DNA of 64,000 nt. Origin: Candidatus Omnitrophota bacterium. GTDB taxonomy: Bacteria > Omnitrophota > Gorgyraeia > B26-G9. Under the pieces are notes generated by a model that saw only the letters and a list, made by a program, of their open reading frames with translations, did no database searches and was not told the DNA's origin. The DNA is taken from NCBI GenBank assembly GCA_018817165.1, contig JAHITY010000101.1, positions 278 to 64,277 of the forward strand, written 5' to 3'. Within the stretch, counting starts at the first letter, position 1. The number at the start of each line of letters is the position of its first letter. The position numbers and the translations under genes are program-made. This document shows, piece after piece, positions 28,018 to 38,257 of the stretch.

Positions 28018-29676
28018 TTGCGTAGTGATCAAATTAAAAAAGGGTTGGAACGTGCACCGCATAGAGCTTTGCTGTTTGGCACAGGTATTTCTAAAAAAGA
28101 TTTGAGTAAGCCGTTTATTGCTGTAGCTAGCTCGGTTAATGATTTTATCCCAGGGCATGTTGGGATGCGCGATTTGGAAAGATTTGTCGAACGAGGTATA
28201 GTCAGTCAGGGCGCAGTGCCGTTTTTCTTTGGAGTGCCCGGGATTTGTGATGGGCTTGCTATGGGGCATGAGGGCATGCATTATCCGCTTGCTTCCCGGG
28301 AATTGATTGCTGATTCTGTGGAATCAGTGGTCAAAGCGCATTGTGCCGATGGACTGGTTTGTATTACAAATTGCGATAAAATTACTCCCGGCATGCTTAT
28401 GGCCGTAGCGCGTCTAAATATTCCGGCAATTATTTTGACTGCCGGGCCAATGCTTTCCGGCAGACAGGGAATGAAACGTTTATCTTTTGTCCGGGATACC
28501 TTTGAAGCTTTGTCTTTGACTAAAAGAGGCGAGATGAGCAAACAGGAACTTTCCTGCTTGGAAATGGAAGCTTGCCCCGGTCAGGGCTCTTGTCAGGGAT
28601 TATATACAGCGAATACCATGGCCTGTTTGACTGAAGCCATGGGAATGTCTTTGCCAGGTTGCGGTACTGGATTAGCTGGTATGGCAAAAAAGAAACGATT
28701 GGCTCAGGCAAGTGGAGAGCGGATCGTGGAATTAGTCAAAGAAAATATTACGCCCAGCATGATCATGAATAAAAAATCTCTGGAAAACGCGATTATGGTG
28801 GATATGGCTTTGGGCGGTTCAAGCAATACTGTCCTGCATCTTATGGCTATTGCTCATGAATGCGGCATAGAAATTTCTTTGAATGAGTTTGATGAAATAA
28901 GCAAAAAAACTCCGCATATAACTGATCTGAGGCCTGGCGGAGAATATTTTATGGAAGACCTTGAATACTCCGGGGGAATTCCCGCGGTAATGCATAGGCT
29001 TAAAGATCGTTTGAATGATAATCCGACTGTTTGCGGAACTAATGTAAAAAAGCTGGCAAATGAGTCTCAAGTACTTAATGAAGAGATTGTCCGGCCGCTT
29101 AATAAAGCGCATCATAAAGAAGGAGGGATAGCAGTACTGTTTGGCAACTTAGCCCCAGAAGGCGCAGTTGTAAAACAGTCCGCTGTCAGTGAGAAGATGA
29201 TGTACTTTAAAGGTAAGGCGCGTGTCTATAATAGTGAAGAAGCGGTGATGAAAGATATTCTTTCTGCTAAAGTTGAAAAAGGCACGGTTTTGGTTGTGCG
29301 TTATGAAGGTCCGCGCGGCGGGCCGGGTATGCGGGAAATGCTTGCGCCGACAGCGGCGATTGTCGGAATGGGCATGTCGGATGATGTTGCTTTAATTACT
29401 GACGGCAGATTTTCCGGGGGAACCAGAGGTCCTTGCTTAGGGCATATTTCTCCTGAAGCAGCAGCGGGTGGTCCGATCGCGGCGGTAAAAAACAATGATG
29501 AAATAATCATTGATATAAAAAATAGAAAATTACATTTAAATTTAACTGATCAGGAAATAGCCGAAAGACTGCGCCATGTAAAACATCCGCCACCAAAGAT
29601 AAATACCGGGTGGCTTAAGCGTTACGCGAAGATGGTAAGCTCAGCCAGCAAAGGCGCGGTTTTAGATATTGAATGA
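28018..29676 (+). CDS. ilvD: Dihydroxy-acid dehydratase
   Basis: CDG, CDKITPG, YTANTM, GGSSN, TDGRFSG; TTG start. Confidence 0.97.
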   Translation: MRSDQIKKGLERAPHRALLFGTGISKKDLSKPFIAVASSVNDFIPGHVGMRDLERFVERGIVSQGAVPFFFGVPGICDGLAMGHEGMHYPLASRELIADSVESVVKAHCADGLVCITNCDKITPGMLMAVARLNIPAIILTAGPMLSGRQGMKRLSFVRDTFEALSLTKRGEMSKQELSCLEMEACPGQGSCQGLYTANTMACLTEAMGMSLPGCGTGLAGMAKKKRLAQASGERIVELVKENITPSMIMNKKSLENAIMVDMALGGSSNTVLHLMAIAHECGIEISLNEFDEISKKTPHITDLRPGGEYFMEDLEYSGGIPAVMHRLKDRLNDNPTVCGTNVKKLANESQVLNEEIVRPLNKAHHKEGGIAVLFGNLAPEGAVVKQSAVSEKMMYFKGKARVYNSEEAVMKDILSAKVEKGTVLVVRYEGPRGGPGMREMLAPTAAIVGMGMSDDVALITDGRFSGGTRGPCLGHISPEAAAGGPIAAVKNNDEIIIDIKNRKLHLNLTDQEIAERLRHVKHPPPKINTGWLKRYAKMVSSASKGAVLDIE

Positions 29677-29698
29677 TAAAAAATAAGAAGGAAATATT

Positions 29699-31369
29699 AT
29701 GAAAAAGACAGGTGCGGAGATTATTGTTGAGTCACTATTAAAAGAAGGAGTACGGGTTTTATTTGGTTATCCTGGTGGTTCGGTTTTGCCGCTTACTGAC
29801 GCGCTGTACGATGCTCCCATTGATTTTATTCTGGTTCGTCATGAACAGGCCGCGGCACATGCTGCTGATGGCTATGCCCGGGCAACCGGCAAGGTCGGGG
29901 TTTGCATGGCAACATCTGGTCCAGGGGCAACTAATTTAGTAACTGGTTTGGCAACAGCGCATATGGATTCTATTCCCATGGTTGCGATTACCGGACAGGT
30001 AAACAGTGCTTTGATTGGTAATGATGCTTTTCAGGAAGCGGATGTTACTGGAATAACAAGATCGATTACAAAACACAATTATCTGGTTAAGGATATATCT
30101 GAACTGGCCAGTACTATAAAAGAAGCTTTTTATATTGCCGCGACTGGCAGGCCGGGCCCGGTTGTTGTTGATGTTCCGGTGGATATTCAAAAACAGAGCA
30201 TGGAATTTCATTATCCGGAAACAATTAAAATGCGTTCTTATAATCCGGAAATTGCCGTGCCGATGGAGCAGATTAAAAAGGCAGCCAAGCTGATTGAAAA
30301 AAGCAAAAGACCAGTTGTTTATGCCGGCGGCGGAATTATAATTTCCCAAGCGCATGATCAGCTGTTGGAATTCGCGGTAAAGATCAATGCGCCGGTAACC
30401 ACGACTTTAATGGGTTTGGGCGGCTTTCCGGAAACCAATGAACTGGCTTTGGGAATGCTCGGGATGCATGGAACAGCATACGCAAATCATGCGATAATGG
30501 AAAGTGATTTGATTATCGCTGTGGGCGCGCGGTTTGATGATCGGGTAACCGGTCGGATTGATAAGTTTGCCCCGGATGCAAAAGTAATTCATCTGGATAT
30601 TGACCCCACCGCGATCAGCAAAAATATTCGGGTAGATATTCCGGTTATTTGCGATGCAAAGCAGGGTTTGCAGGCTTTGAATAAAATTGTAAAAAGATTA
30701 CAAACAGATGCTTGGCTTAAAAAAATTCATGGCTGGAAAACAAAAGCGCCTTTGCAGTATAAAGTAGCTGGTCAAAAAATCAGACCACAGTATGTTGTCG
30801 AGCAGATTTATAAGATAACTAAAGGTGAGGCGATTATTTGTACTGAAGTTGGCCAGAATCAGATGTGGGCAGCGCAGTATTATAAATATACGAGGCCGCG
30901 CACCTGGATTTCATCCGGTGGGCTGGGGACAATGGGCTATGGTTTTCCGGCGGCGATTGGCGCGAAATTGGGCAGGCCGGATAAAATAGTTTTTGATATC
31001 GCGGGAGATGGTTCGATTCAAATGAATATCCAAGAACTGGCGACTGCTGTAGCGAACAAGGTAAATGTTAAAGTGGCGATATTGAATAATGGATATTTGG
31101 GAATGGTCAGACAATGGCAAGAGCTGTTCTATAATCGCCGATACGCGAATACGCCAATCACTGGTCCGGATTTTGTGAAATTAGCGGAAAGTTATGGCGC
31201 TGCCGGGATTAGAGTTAACAAAAAAGCGGATGTTGCCGCGGCAATTAAGCAGGCAATTGCTATTCCCAATGTCGTTTTTCTTGATTTTGTAGTTGAACCA
31301 GAAGAAAATGTTTTTCCGATGGTTCCTGCGGGTGAGGCGATAGACCGGATGATCGGAGGAATGGCTTAA
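29699..31369 (+). CDS. ilvB: Acetolactate synthase large subunit
   Basis: GYPGG, RHEQ, SGPGATN, GDGS..NN TPP motif. Confidence 0.97.
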   Translation: MKKTGAEIIVESLLKEGVRVLFGYPGGSVLPLTDALYDAPIDFILVRHEQAAAHAADGYARATGKVGVCMATSGPGATNLVTGLATAHMDSIPMVAITGQVNSALIGNDAFQEADVTGITRSITKHNYLVKDISELASTIKEAFYIAATGRPGPVVVDVPVDIQKQSMEFHYPETIKMRSYNPEIAVPMEQIKKAAKLIEKSKRPVVYAGGGIIISQAHDQLLEFAVKINAPVTTTLMGLGGFPETNELALGMLGMHGTAYANHAIMESDLIIAVGARFDDRVTGRIDKFAPDAKVIHLDIDPTAISKNIRVDIPVICDAKQGLQALNKIVKRLQTDAWLKKIHGWKTKAPLQYKVAGQKIRPQYVVEQIYKITKGEAIICTEVGQNQMWAAQYYKYTRPRTWISSGGLGTMGYGFPAAIGAKLGRPDKIVFDIAGDGSIQMNIQELATAVANKVNVKVAILNNGYLGMVRQWQELFYNRRYANTPITGPDFVKLAESYGAAGIRVNKKADVAAAIKQAIAIPNVVFLDFVVEPEENVFPMVPAGEAIDRMIGGMA

Positions 31370-31374
31370 AAGCG

Positions 31375-31403
31375 GTATTGAGTATCGAGTATTGAGTATT
31401 GAG
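31375..31403. repeat. Heptamer tandem array (GTATTGA/GTATCGA)x4
   Basis: GTATTGA GTATCGA GTATTGA GTATTGA directly after the ilvB stop. Confidence 0.85.
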
Positions 31404-31430
31404 AAAAAACATGAAACAGAAAAAGCGGTA

Positions 31431-31555
31431 AAAGGTTTGACGGTTACGAAGCCCGTATCGGTAATGTTAACGGTCACGGTTTAAAATAATAAATTTTAAG
31501 CCGATAGACTTTGCCCTAAAACGAAACGGGCATCGTAACCTTAAACGTAACCTTT
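31431..31555. repeat. Long imperfect inverted repeat built from hexamer-period units
   Basis: GGTTACGAAGCCCGTATCG (31442-31460) matches the reverse complement of CGAAACGGGCATCGTAACC (31522-31540) at 17/19. Confidence 0.8.
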
Positions 31556-31583
31556 GTCTTTTAAATAATAGGGAGTTAAAAAC

Positions 31584-32057
31584 ATGAAACATATAATTTA
31601 TGCTTTGGTAGAAAATAAGCCCGGAGTTCTGGCGCGAATGTCCAGTTTGTTTAGTGCGCGCGGTTTTAATATTGATTCATTGGCTGTGGGCGAAACGCAT
31701 GATCCGACAATGTCGAGAGTTAGCTTGGTAGTTGATGCTAAAGAAGAAAAAATCTTGGATCAAATTAAAAAACAGCTGGAGAAACTTGTCGATGTAATAT
31801 CAGTAACTGATCTGACAAAAAAGAAATTTTTTGAAAGAGAATTAATTTTAGTTAAAGTTAAAACCGCTAAAACATCTAAGCTGAAATTAGTAAGTTTAGT
31901 TAAGAAATTTTCAGCGACTATTTTATCTTATGATGCAAAGCTTGCGGTAATCGAAGCTGTTGTTGAGAAAAAACAATTGATTGATTTGCTTGATTGCTTA
32001 GCGCCCCTGGGGATTGAAGAACTGGTGAGAACTGGTAGGATTGCCATAGCGCAGTAA
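31584..32057 (+). CDS. ilvN: Acetolactate synthase small subunit
   Basis: ENKPGVLAR, RGFNIDSL, ERELIL, RTG. Confidence 0.95.
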   Translation: MKHIIYALVENKPGVLARMSSLFSARGFNIDSLAVGETHDPTMSRVSLVVDAKEEKILDQIKKQLEKLVDVISVTDLTKKKFFERELILVKVKTAKTSKLKLVSLVKKFSATILSYDAKLAVIEAVVEKKQLIDLLDCLAPLGIEELVRTGRIAIAQ

Positions 32058-32098
32058 TATGTTTTAAATAACCGGTTTATCGGGAAACGGAGTGAATT

Positions 32099-33175
32099 AT
32101 GCTGACAATGGATTTCTTGCTCAAGCTGATTGTTGATAGAGGCGCCTCGGATTTACATCTTACAGTAGGGATTCCGCCGCAGTTGCGGATTGGCGGGCAA
32201 TTAACTTATACGACCAGTGAGCCGGTAGATCCAGAAACACTAAAAACATTGGCATATAGCCTTTTGACCAGTGATCAGATAGCATGGTTTGAACAAAGAA
32301 AAGAACTTGATTTTTCCTGCGGTTTGGAGGGAGTCAGTCGTTTTAGAATAAACTTATATTATCAGCGCGGATCGATTGCCATGGCCGCAAGGGTTATTCC
32401 GTTTATTATTCCGACAATTGAACAGTTGGGATTACCGGAGATAGTTAAAGAATACGCGGATAAACCAAATGGATTAGTTCTGCTTACTGGGGCAACTGGT
32501 AGTGGTAAATCAACTACTCAGGCAGCGATCATTGATTATATTAATAAGCGCAGAAGAGCGCATATAATTTCTGTGGAAGATCCGATTGAGTATTTGCACA
32601 AGCATCAGCTTTGTACAATTAATCAACGCCAGCTGGGTACAGATACTCTTTCTTTTGCTGAAGCATTAAAGCATGTATTGCGTCAGGATCCGGATATTGT
32701 AGTTATTGGCGAAATGCGGGATCTTGAGACAATTCAGGCAGCTTTGACTCTAGCGGAAACCGGGCATTTAGTTTTTGCCACATTGCATACCAGCAGTGCG
32801 GTTAATTCAATTACCCGAATAGTCGATGTGTTTCCAGCGCATCAGCAGCAGCAAATACGGGTGCAGCTTTCATTGGTATTAGTCGGAGTTTTAGTTCAGA
32901 GATTAATTCCTAATGCTCAAGGAGAAGGCAGGTCCTTAGCAATGGAGATTATGACTATGATTTCGGGAATCCAGAACCTGATCAGAGAAAATCAAGTACA
33001 TCAGATCTATTCACTGATTCAAACCGGACGACGTTTCGGGATGAGAACAATGAATCAGGCATTGTGTGATTTAGTATTAAGCAATAAGATAACTTTTGGC
33101 GAGGCTTTAAAACAAACAGCAGATGAGCAAGAATTAAATTCATTAGTTCAGAAGCAAAACAATAAAAACAAGTAA
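32099..33175 (+). CDS. pilT: Type IV pilus retraction ATPase PilT
   Basis: ASDLHL, GATGSGKST, EDPIE, LRQDPD..GEMRD, TGH..TLH, IQNLIRE. Confidence 0.95.
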   Translation: MLTMDFLLKLIVDRGASDLHLTVGIPPQLRIGGQLTYTTSEPVDPETLKTLAYSLLTSDQIAWFEQRKELDFSCGLEGVSRFRINLYYQRGSIAMAARVIPFIIPTIEQLGLPEIVKEYADKPNGLVLLTGATGSGKSTTQAAIIDYINKRRRAHIISVEDPIEYLHKHQLCTINQRQLGTDTLSFAEALKHVLRQDPDIVVIGEMRDLETIQAALTLAETGHLVFATLHTSSAVNSITRIVDVFPAHQQQQIRVQLSLVLVGVLVQRLIPNAQGEGRSLAMEIMTMISGIQNLIRENQVHQIYSLIQTGRRFGMRTMNQALCDLVLSNKITFGEALKQTADEQELNSLVQKQNNKNK

Positions 33176-33190
33176 GAAAGGAAGATTATT

Positions 33191-34192
33191 ATGGCAAAGA
33201 TGTATTATGATAATGACGCGGATTTAAAATTACTCGATGGAAAAATAATTGGAATTATTGGTTATGGCAGTCAGGGGCATGCTCAGGCGCAGAATTTAAG
33301 AGATTCTGGATTAACCGTTATTGTCTCAGAAATGCCGGGAAATAAAAATTTTGACTTGGCTAAGTCACATGGTTTTCAACCAATGACCGCGGCTGAGCTT
33401 ACTAAAAAAGCGGATATTATTCAAATTTTAGTTCCTGATGAATACCAGGGCGAGCTTTATGAAAAAGAAATCAAGCCAAGCTTAACAGCAGGCAAAGCAA
33501 TTATGTTCTCGCATGGTTTTAATATTCATTTTAAACATATTGTTCCGAATAAAGATATTGATGTGTTTATGATCGCGCCAAAAGGCCCTGGCCATTTAGT
33601 ACGTAGTGAATATGAAAAAGGCGGCGGAGTTCCCTGCTTAATAGCTGTGTTTCAGAATGCAACGGGCAAGGCAAAAGAAATTGCTTTAGCTTATGGTAAA
33701 GGTGTTGGCGGAACACGCGGCGGGATTATTGAAACAACTTTTGAAGAAGAAACAGAAACAGATTTATTCGGTGAGCAGGTTGTTTTATGCGGTGGAGCAT
33801 CAGAGCTGGTTAAGAAAGGTTTTGAAACTCTAATTGAAGCGGGATATCAGCCGGAGATTGCTTATTTCGAATGTTTGCATGAGCTTAAATTAATTGTCGA
33901 TCTTTTTTATCAGGGCGGAATTGATTATATGCGCTATTCTGTTTCTAATACCGCGGAGTACGGTGATTTGACTCGCGGTAAGAGGATTGTTAATGATAAG
34001 ACAAAAGAAGAGATGAAAAAGATCCTTACGGAAATCCAAGATGGTACTTTTGCCAAAGAATGGATCAATGAATGTAAAACAGGCAAAAAGAACTTTAAGC
34101 GGATGGAAGAAGAAGAAAAAAACCATCCGATTGAAGTTGTCGGACGTAAACTAAGAAAAATGATGAAATGGATAGATTCTAAAGAAGTATAA
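33191..34192 (+). CDS. ilvC: Ketol-acid reductoisomerase
   Basis: GYGSQG, APKGPG, DLFGEQ, SNTAEYG. Confidence 0.98.
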   Translation: MAKMYYDNDADLKLLDGKIIGIIGYGSQGHAQAQNLRDSGLTVIVSEMPGNKNFDLAKSHGFQPMTAAELTKKADIIQILVPDEYQGELYEKEIKPSLTAGKAIMFSHGFNIHFKHIVPNKDIDVFMIAPKGPGHLVRSEYEKGGGVPCLIAVFQNATGKAKEIALAYGKGVGGTRGGIIETTFEEETETDLFGEQVVLCGGASELVKKGFETLIEAGYQPEIAYFECLHELKLIVDLFYQGGIDYMRYSVSNTAEYGDLTRGKRIVNDKTKEEMKKILTEIQDGTFAKEWINECKTGKKNFKRMEEEEKNHPIEVVGRKLRKMMKWIDSKEV

Positions 34193-34221
34193 AACACTTT
34201 CCAAGGAAGTATAAAACACTT
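34178..34221 (+). repeat. 22-nt tandem duplication of the ilvC 3' end
   Basis: GAAGTATAAAACACTT at 34184-34199 and 34206-34221. Confidence 0.85.
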
Positions 34222-34296
34222 GCGAAAAAAGGCTAATCTGACCTTTCCATAATCAGGGATTGTGGAAATTAGAATATATGGATGTGGAGAAAGAAA

Positions 34297-35832
34297 ATGG
34301 AAAAGAAAATAAAGATATTTGATACCACATTAAGAGATGGCGAACAAGCTCCGGGGGCGAGTCTGAGTGATCAGGAAAAACTGGAAGTCGCGCGTCAGCT
34401 TGTCCGTTTAGGTGTTGATATTATTGAAGCCGGTTTTCCGATTTCCTCTCCGGGTGATTTTGATAGTGTGCAGCAGATCGCCCGGCAGGTTAAAGGCGCG
34501 ATTATTTGCGGCTTAGCAAGATCATTAAATAAAGATATTGAAGCAGCCGCGCAGGCGCTTAAGCCGGCTAAAAGAAAACGGATTCATGTTTTTTTGGCTA
34601 CTTCAAAAATCCATATGAAGTACAAATTAAAAAAAGCGGAAAGTGAAATTCTAAAGATAGCGGAAGCCGCGGTTAAATACGCCGGTAAATTTACTGATGA
34701 TATTCAGTTTTCACCGGAAGATGCTTCACGAACCGAAAAAGATTTCCTTTTTCGAGTGATTGAAAAAGTTATTAAAGCCGGAGCAACTACAGTGAATATT
34801 CCGGATACAGTTGGTTTTGCCCAGCCTGATGAATTTGGTCAGCTGATTCATGATATTTGTAATAAAGTGCCGAATATAAACAAAGCGATTATCGCGGTAC
34901 ATTGTCATAATGATCTGGGTTTGGCTGTGGCTAATTCCTTGGCAGCGATTAAAAATGGCGCGGGACAGATTGAATGTACGATTAATGGCATAGGCGAGCG
35001 CGCGGGTAATGCGGCTTTGGAAGAAATTGTGCTTAGCTTGATTACCCGGAAAGATCATTTTAAAAACATGTATTGTGGCATTAAAACAAAAGAGATTTAT
35101 AAAACTAGTAGATTGGTCAGTAAGCTGACGGGTTTTTTGGTTGCTCCGAATAAGGCAATTGTCGGCGGTAATGCTTTTCGCCATGAATCCGGGATTCATC
35201 AGGACGGCGTACTGAAAAAACGCCAGACTTATGAAATTATCAGTCCGGAAACCGTGGGATTTTACGGTGAAGGCTTGGTGATGGGCAAACATTCAGGCCG
35301 ACATGCTTTGTCTGATCGGCTGGAGCGGCTTGGGTTTAAACTGAATAAAAAACAGCTGGATATTGCGTTTAGCCGGTTTAAAGATCTGGCGGATAAGAAA
35401 AAAGAAGTATTTGAAGAAGATCTTATCGCGATTGTCGAAGAGCAGTCTAAAGAAATGGAACAGGTCTGGAGTCTGGAAGCTTTGGAATTTTTTGGCGGAA
35501 TAAATGTTCAGCCTAAAGCAACAGTTAAGCTGAAAAATAAGAAAATGGTTTTTAGCGCCACTTCCGATGGCGATGGCCCGGTTGATGCTTGTTATAAAGC
35601 AATTGAAAAAATTATAAAGCTTAAAGCTGTATTGCTTGATTATTCAATTCAGGCAGTTACGCGGGGAAAAGATGCTTTAGGGGAAGTTAATGTAAAGCTC
35701 TTGATCAATAAGGAAGAAATTTCCGGCAGAGGCGCAAGCACAGATATTATTGAGGCATCAGCCAAGGCATATCTTAATGCGGTCAATCGGGTTTTATTTA
35801 AAAAAGAAAAGTCTAAAAAAATAAAATTGTAA
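34297..35832 (+). CDS. leuA: 2-isopropylmalate synthase
   Basis: [31 protein letters not shown] and regulatory domain. Confidence 0.95.
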   Translation: MEKKIKIFDTTLRDGEQAPGASLSDQEKLEVARQLVRLGVDIIEAGFPISSPGDFDSVQQIARQVKGAIICGLARSLNKDIEAAAQALKPAKRKRIHVFLATSKIHMKYKLKKAESEILKIAEAAVKYAGKFTDDIQFSPEDASRTEKDFLFRVIEKVIKAGATTVNIPDTVGFAQPDEFGQLIHDICNKVPNINKAIIAVHCHNDLGLAVANSLAAIKNGAGQIECTINGIGERAGNAALEEIVLSLITRKDHFKNMYCGIKTKEIYKTSRLVSKLTGFLVAPNKAIVGGNAFRHESGIHQDGVLKKRQTYEIISPETVGFYGEGLVMGKHSGRHALSDRLERLGFKLNKKQLDIAFSRFKDLADKKKEVFEEDLIAIVEEQSKEMEQVWSLEALEFFGGINVQPKATVKLKNKKMVFSATSDGDGPVDACYKAIEKIIKLKAVLLDYSIQAVTRGKDALGEVNVKLLINKEEISGRGASTDIIEASAKAYLNAVNRVLFKKEKSKKIKL

Positions 35833-35926
35833 TGATTAACAGCGTGTGGGACTAAGGTAAAATATATCTTTTCATTTATCCTGAGCTTGTCGAAGGGCTA
35901 AGCCCAAGTTTAGTAAGTGAGGCATG

Positions 35927-36036
35927 AATAATAAGGATTCCGAAAATATCTGCTAGGCCGCAGCTATTTCGGACTAAATTCGAGCAGGCTGACTTGACGT
36001 CGTGAAAAACACTCCGTAAGTCAGGCTCTCATTTAA
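35927..36036. repeat. Third copy of the ~100-nt structured dispersed repeat
   Basis: Near-identical to 10809-10918. Confidence 0.97.
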
Positions 36037-36101
36037 AGCGCCGCTAAAAGAGAAATTTTGACCTAAATAGTTTGTAAAGCCACAAGGATGCAAAGTTAAG
36101 A

Positions 36102-36227
36102 GGGCTAGAATAATCATTTTAGCGGGTTTGAAGCCTGATTTTGATAGGACTGTCAAAATCAGAGATTCATCCTCGGAGCCTTACAGGAAGTAAGGCGAGA
36201 ATGAGCAGAAATGATTGATTCTAGACC
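36102..36227. other. Predicted multibranch hairpin element upstream of aroE
   Basis: Outer stem CTAGAAT.AATCATTT / AAATGATT.ATTCTAG enclosing CTGATTTTGATA / TGTCAAAATCAG and GCCTTAC / GTAAGGC stems. Confidence 0.65.
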
Positions 36228-36263
36228 GCCATTGACTTGCTGGCTACAAGACAGGGATTCAGC

Positions 36264-37157
36264 ATGATAAGTAAACAGAAAGTTTATGGTCTTATCGGTT
36301 ATCCGGTAAAGCACAGTTTTTCAGCGGCAATGCATAATGCCGCTTTTTCTCATTTAGGGATAAATGCTTTGTATACTTTATTTGAGATAAAGCCTGATGA
36401 TTTGGAAGCTTTTTTGCTGGAAAGAACTGATCTGGCTGGGTTTAATATTACAATTCCGCATAAAGTTTATGCGAAAAAAATTCTAGAAACAAAATTTAAG
36501 GGTAGTAATCCCGGAGCTGATCAATACAGCGAACTTGTCGGAGCAATTAATACCGTTGGTCGTATAGATGATGGAAAAGTTTGGTGGGCAAACACAGATG
36601 CTCCGGGTTTTGTAAAATCATTAAAGATGGATTTAGGATTTGCAAAAACAAAAAATAAAGACGCATTGGTTTTGGGCTGCGGCGGAGCCGGTAGGGCTGT
36701 TATTGCTGGGTTAAGCTCAGAAGATAATGGTTTGGTCAGAGATATATATGTTAGTGAAATTAATAAGGATAATGTTACTGCTGTAAAAAAACAGTTTGAA
36801 TGTTTTTCAAAGGTTACTGATAAATTAAAATTTATTCAGAAAGAAGAAATCGCGGAAAAAATAAAGGATTGCTCTTTACTTGTGAATACAACTCCCATTG
36901 GCATGAAAGATGACAATATCAGTTTGATTGATAAAGAGCTTTTACATAATAATTTAATGGTTTATGATGTTGTGTATAATCGAGAAACTAAGCTGATAAA
37001 AGATGCAAAAGCGCAAGGATTGAAAGCTATCGGTGGTTTAGGCATGCTTTTATACCAAGGAGTACTTGGTTTTAATTATTGGGCAGGCAAAGATATTGCT
37101 CCTGTGGATATAATGCGACAGGCTTTAGAAGGAGAACTGGAAAAATGCCGGATTTGA
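36264..37157 (+). CDS. aroE: Shikimate dehydrogenase
   Basis: GYPVKHS, NITIPHK, NTD, GCGGAG, DVVY, MLLYQG. Confidence 0.94.
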   Translation: MISKQKVYGLIGYPVKHSFSAAMHNAAFSHLGINALYTLFEIKPDDLEAFLLERTDLAGFNITIPHKVYAKKILETKFKGSNPGADQYSELVGAINTVGRIDDGKVWWANTDAPGFVKSLKMDLGFAKTKNKDALVLGCGGAGRAVIAGLSSEDNGLVRDIYVSEINKDNVTAVKKQFECFSKVTDKLKFIQKEEIAEKIKDCSLLVNTTPIGMKDDNISLIDKELLHNNLMVYDVVYNRETKLIKDAKAQGLKAIGGLGMLLYQGVLGFNYWAGKDIAPVDIMRQALEGELEKCRI

Positions 37158-38155
37158 TTATAAAAAGTATGGTTGTTCTTTTTGGTTGTTTGATCGGTAG
37201 TTTTCTTAATGTTTGTATCTATCGCATGCCGCGTTCTGGGAAAGTCGCGCCTGAAGATTTTTTGAAAATATCCGGGAGTAAGGAGCATTCAGATAAACTT
37301 TGGGAAGATTTGATAAGCAGCGGATATATTGATGAAGATGGTTATGTTGAGAAAAAATTTAAAAAGCTTAGAAAAAAAAACCAGCTGGCGAAATTCGAAT
37401 TAGCCGGTGCCTACGCGAAAAGCAAAAAACAAATTTTTAGAATTCTCGATAAATCCTGTGAATTATCAATAGATAAACCCAAACGTTCTTTTTGTCCGAA
37501 TTGTCAAAAACAAGTTCTTTGGTATGATAATATCCCGCTTTTAAGCTATTTAGCCTTAGGCGGAAAATGTCGTTTTTGCAAAAAGCCGATTCCTTTTCGC
37601 TATTTCTTTGTAGAGTTTCTTACGGCCAGTCTTTTATTGGTAGTCTATAGTTTTTTTGGCTTGTCAGTGCAATTTTTTACTTATGGAGTTTTGACTTGTG
37701 CCTTGATTGTCTCGACATTTATTGATTTCGATTTTTTTATTATTCCTGATGAAATAACTTTGGGCGGCTTAATTGTCGGGATAGTTTTGTCAGGAATTTT
37801 TCCGCAACTTCATGGCGCATCCTCTTGGCTTGACTCATTGATTAAATCCGGCTTGGGTATTTTGGCTGGCGGCGGAAGTATTTATCTGATCGGGCAGTTT
37901 GGTGAAATTATTTTTAAAAAAGAAAGTATGGGCGGAGGAGATGTGGAATTTCTCGCCATGATCGGATCAGTTTTGGGGTGGCAGATGGCTTTGCTGATAT
38001 TTTTTCTCGCTCCTTTTTTTGGAGCGGGTGTGGGAATCTTTGCTAGGCTTACCAAGGGTGCTGAAATAATCCCTTATGGTCCGTATCTTTCATTAGCTAC
38101 ATTTATCGTTATTTTATGGGGAAATAATATTCTGAAATTTTTATTCTATTTTTAA
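37145..38155 (+). CDS. pilD: Prepilin peptidase/N-methyltransferase (A24) with ~75-aa insertion
   Basis: GSFLNVCIYR, CPNC and CRFC Zn motifs, ID...IPD, GGGD, PYGPYL. Confidence 0.92.
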   Translation: MPDLIIKSMVVLFGCLIGSFLNVCIYRMPRSGKVAPEDFLKISGSKEHSDKLWEDLISSGYIDEDGYVEKKFKKLRKKNQLAKFELAGAYAKSKKQIFRILDKSCELSIDKPKRSFCPNCQKQVLWYDNIPLLSYLALGGKCRFCKKPIPFRYFFVEFLTASLLLVVYSFFGLSVQFFTYGVLTCALIVSTFIDFDFFIIPDEITLGGLIVGIVLSGIFPQLHGASSWLDSLIKSGLGILAGGGSIYLIGQFGEIIFKKESMGGGDVEFLAMIGSVLGWQMALLIFFLAPFFGAGVGIFARLTKGAEIIPYGPYLSLATFIVILWGNNILKFLFYF

Positions 38156-38159
38156 AAAA

Positions 38160-38244
38160 GTAGTGAGTATCGCGTATCGCGTATTGAGTGAAAAACAAAG
38201 GAAAAGAAAAACTAAACGCTAATCGCTTGACGCTATACGCTAAA
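38160..38244. repeat. Inverted heptamer arrays around an A-rich spacer
   Basis: Left GTAGTGA GTATCGC GTATCGC GTATTGA; right ACTAAAC GCTAATC GCTTGAC GCTATAC GCTAAA. Confidence 0.8.
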
Positions 38245-38257
38245 AAAGGAGCAGGTT

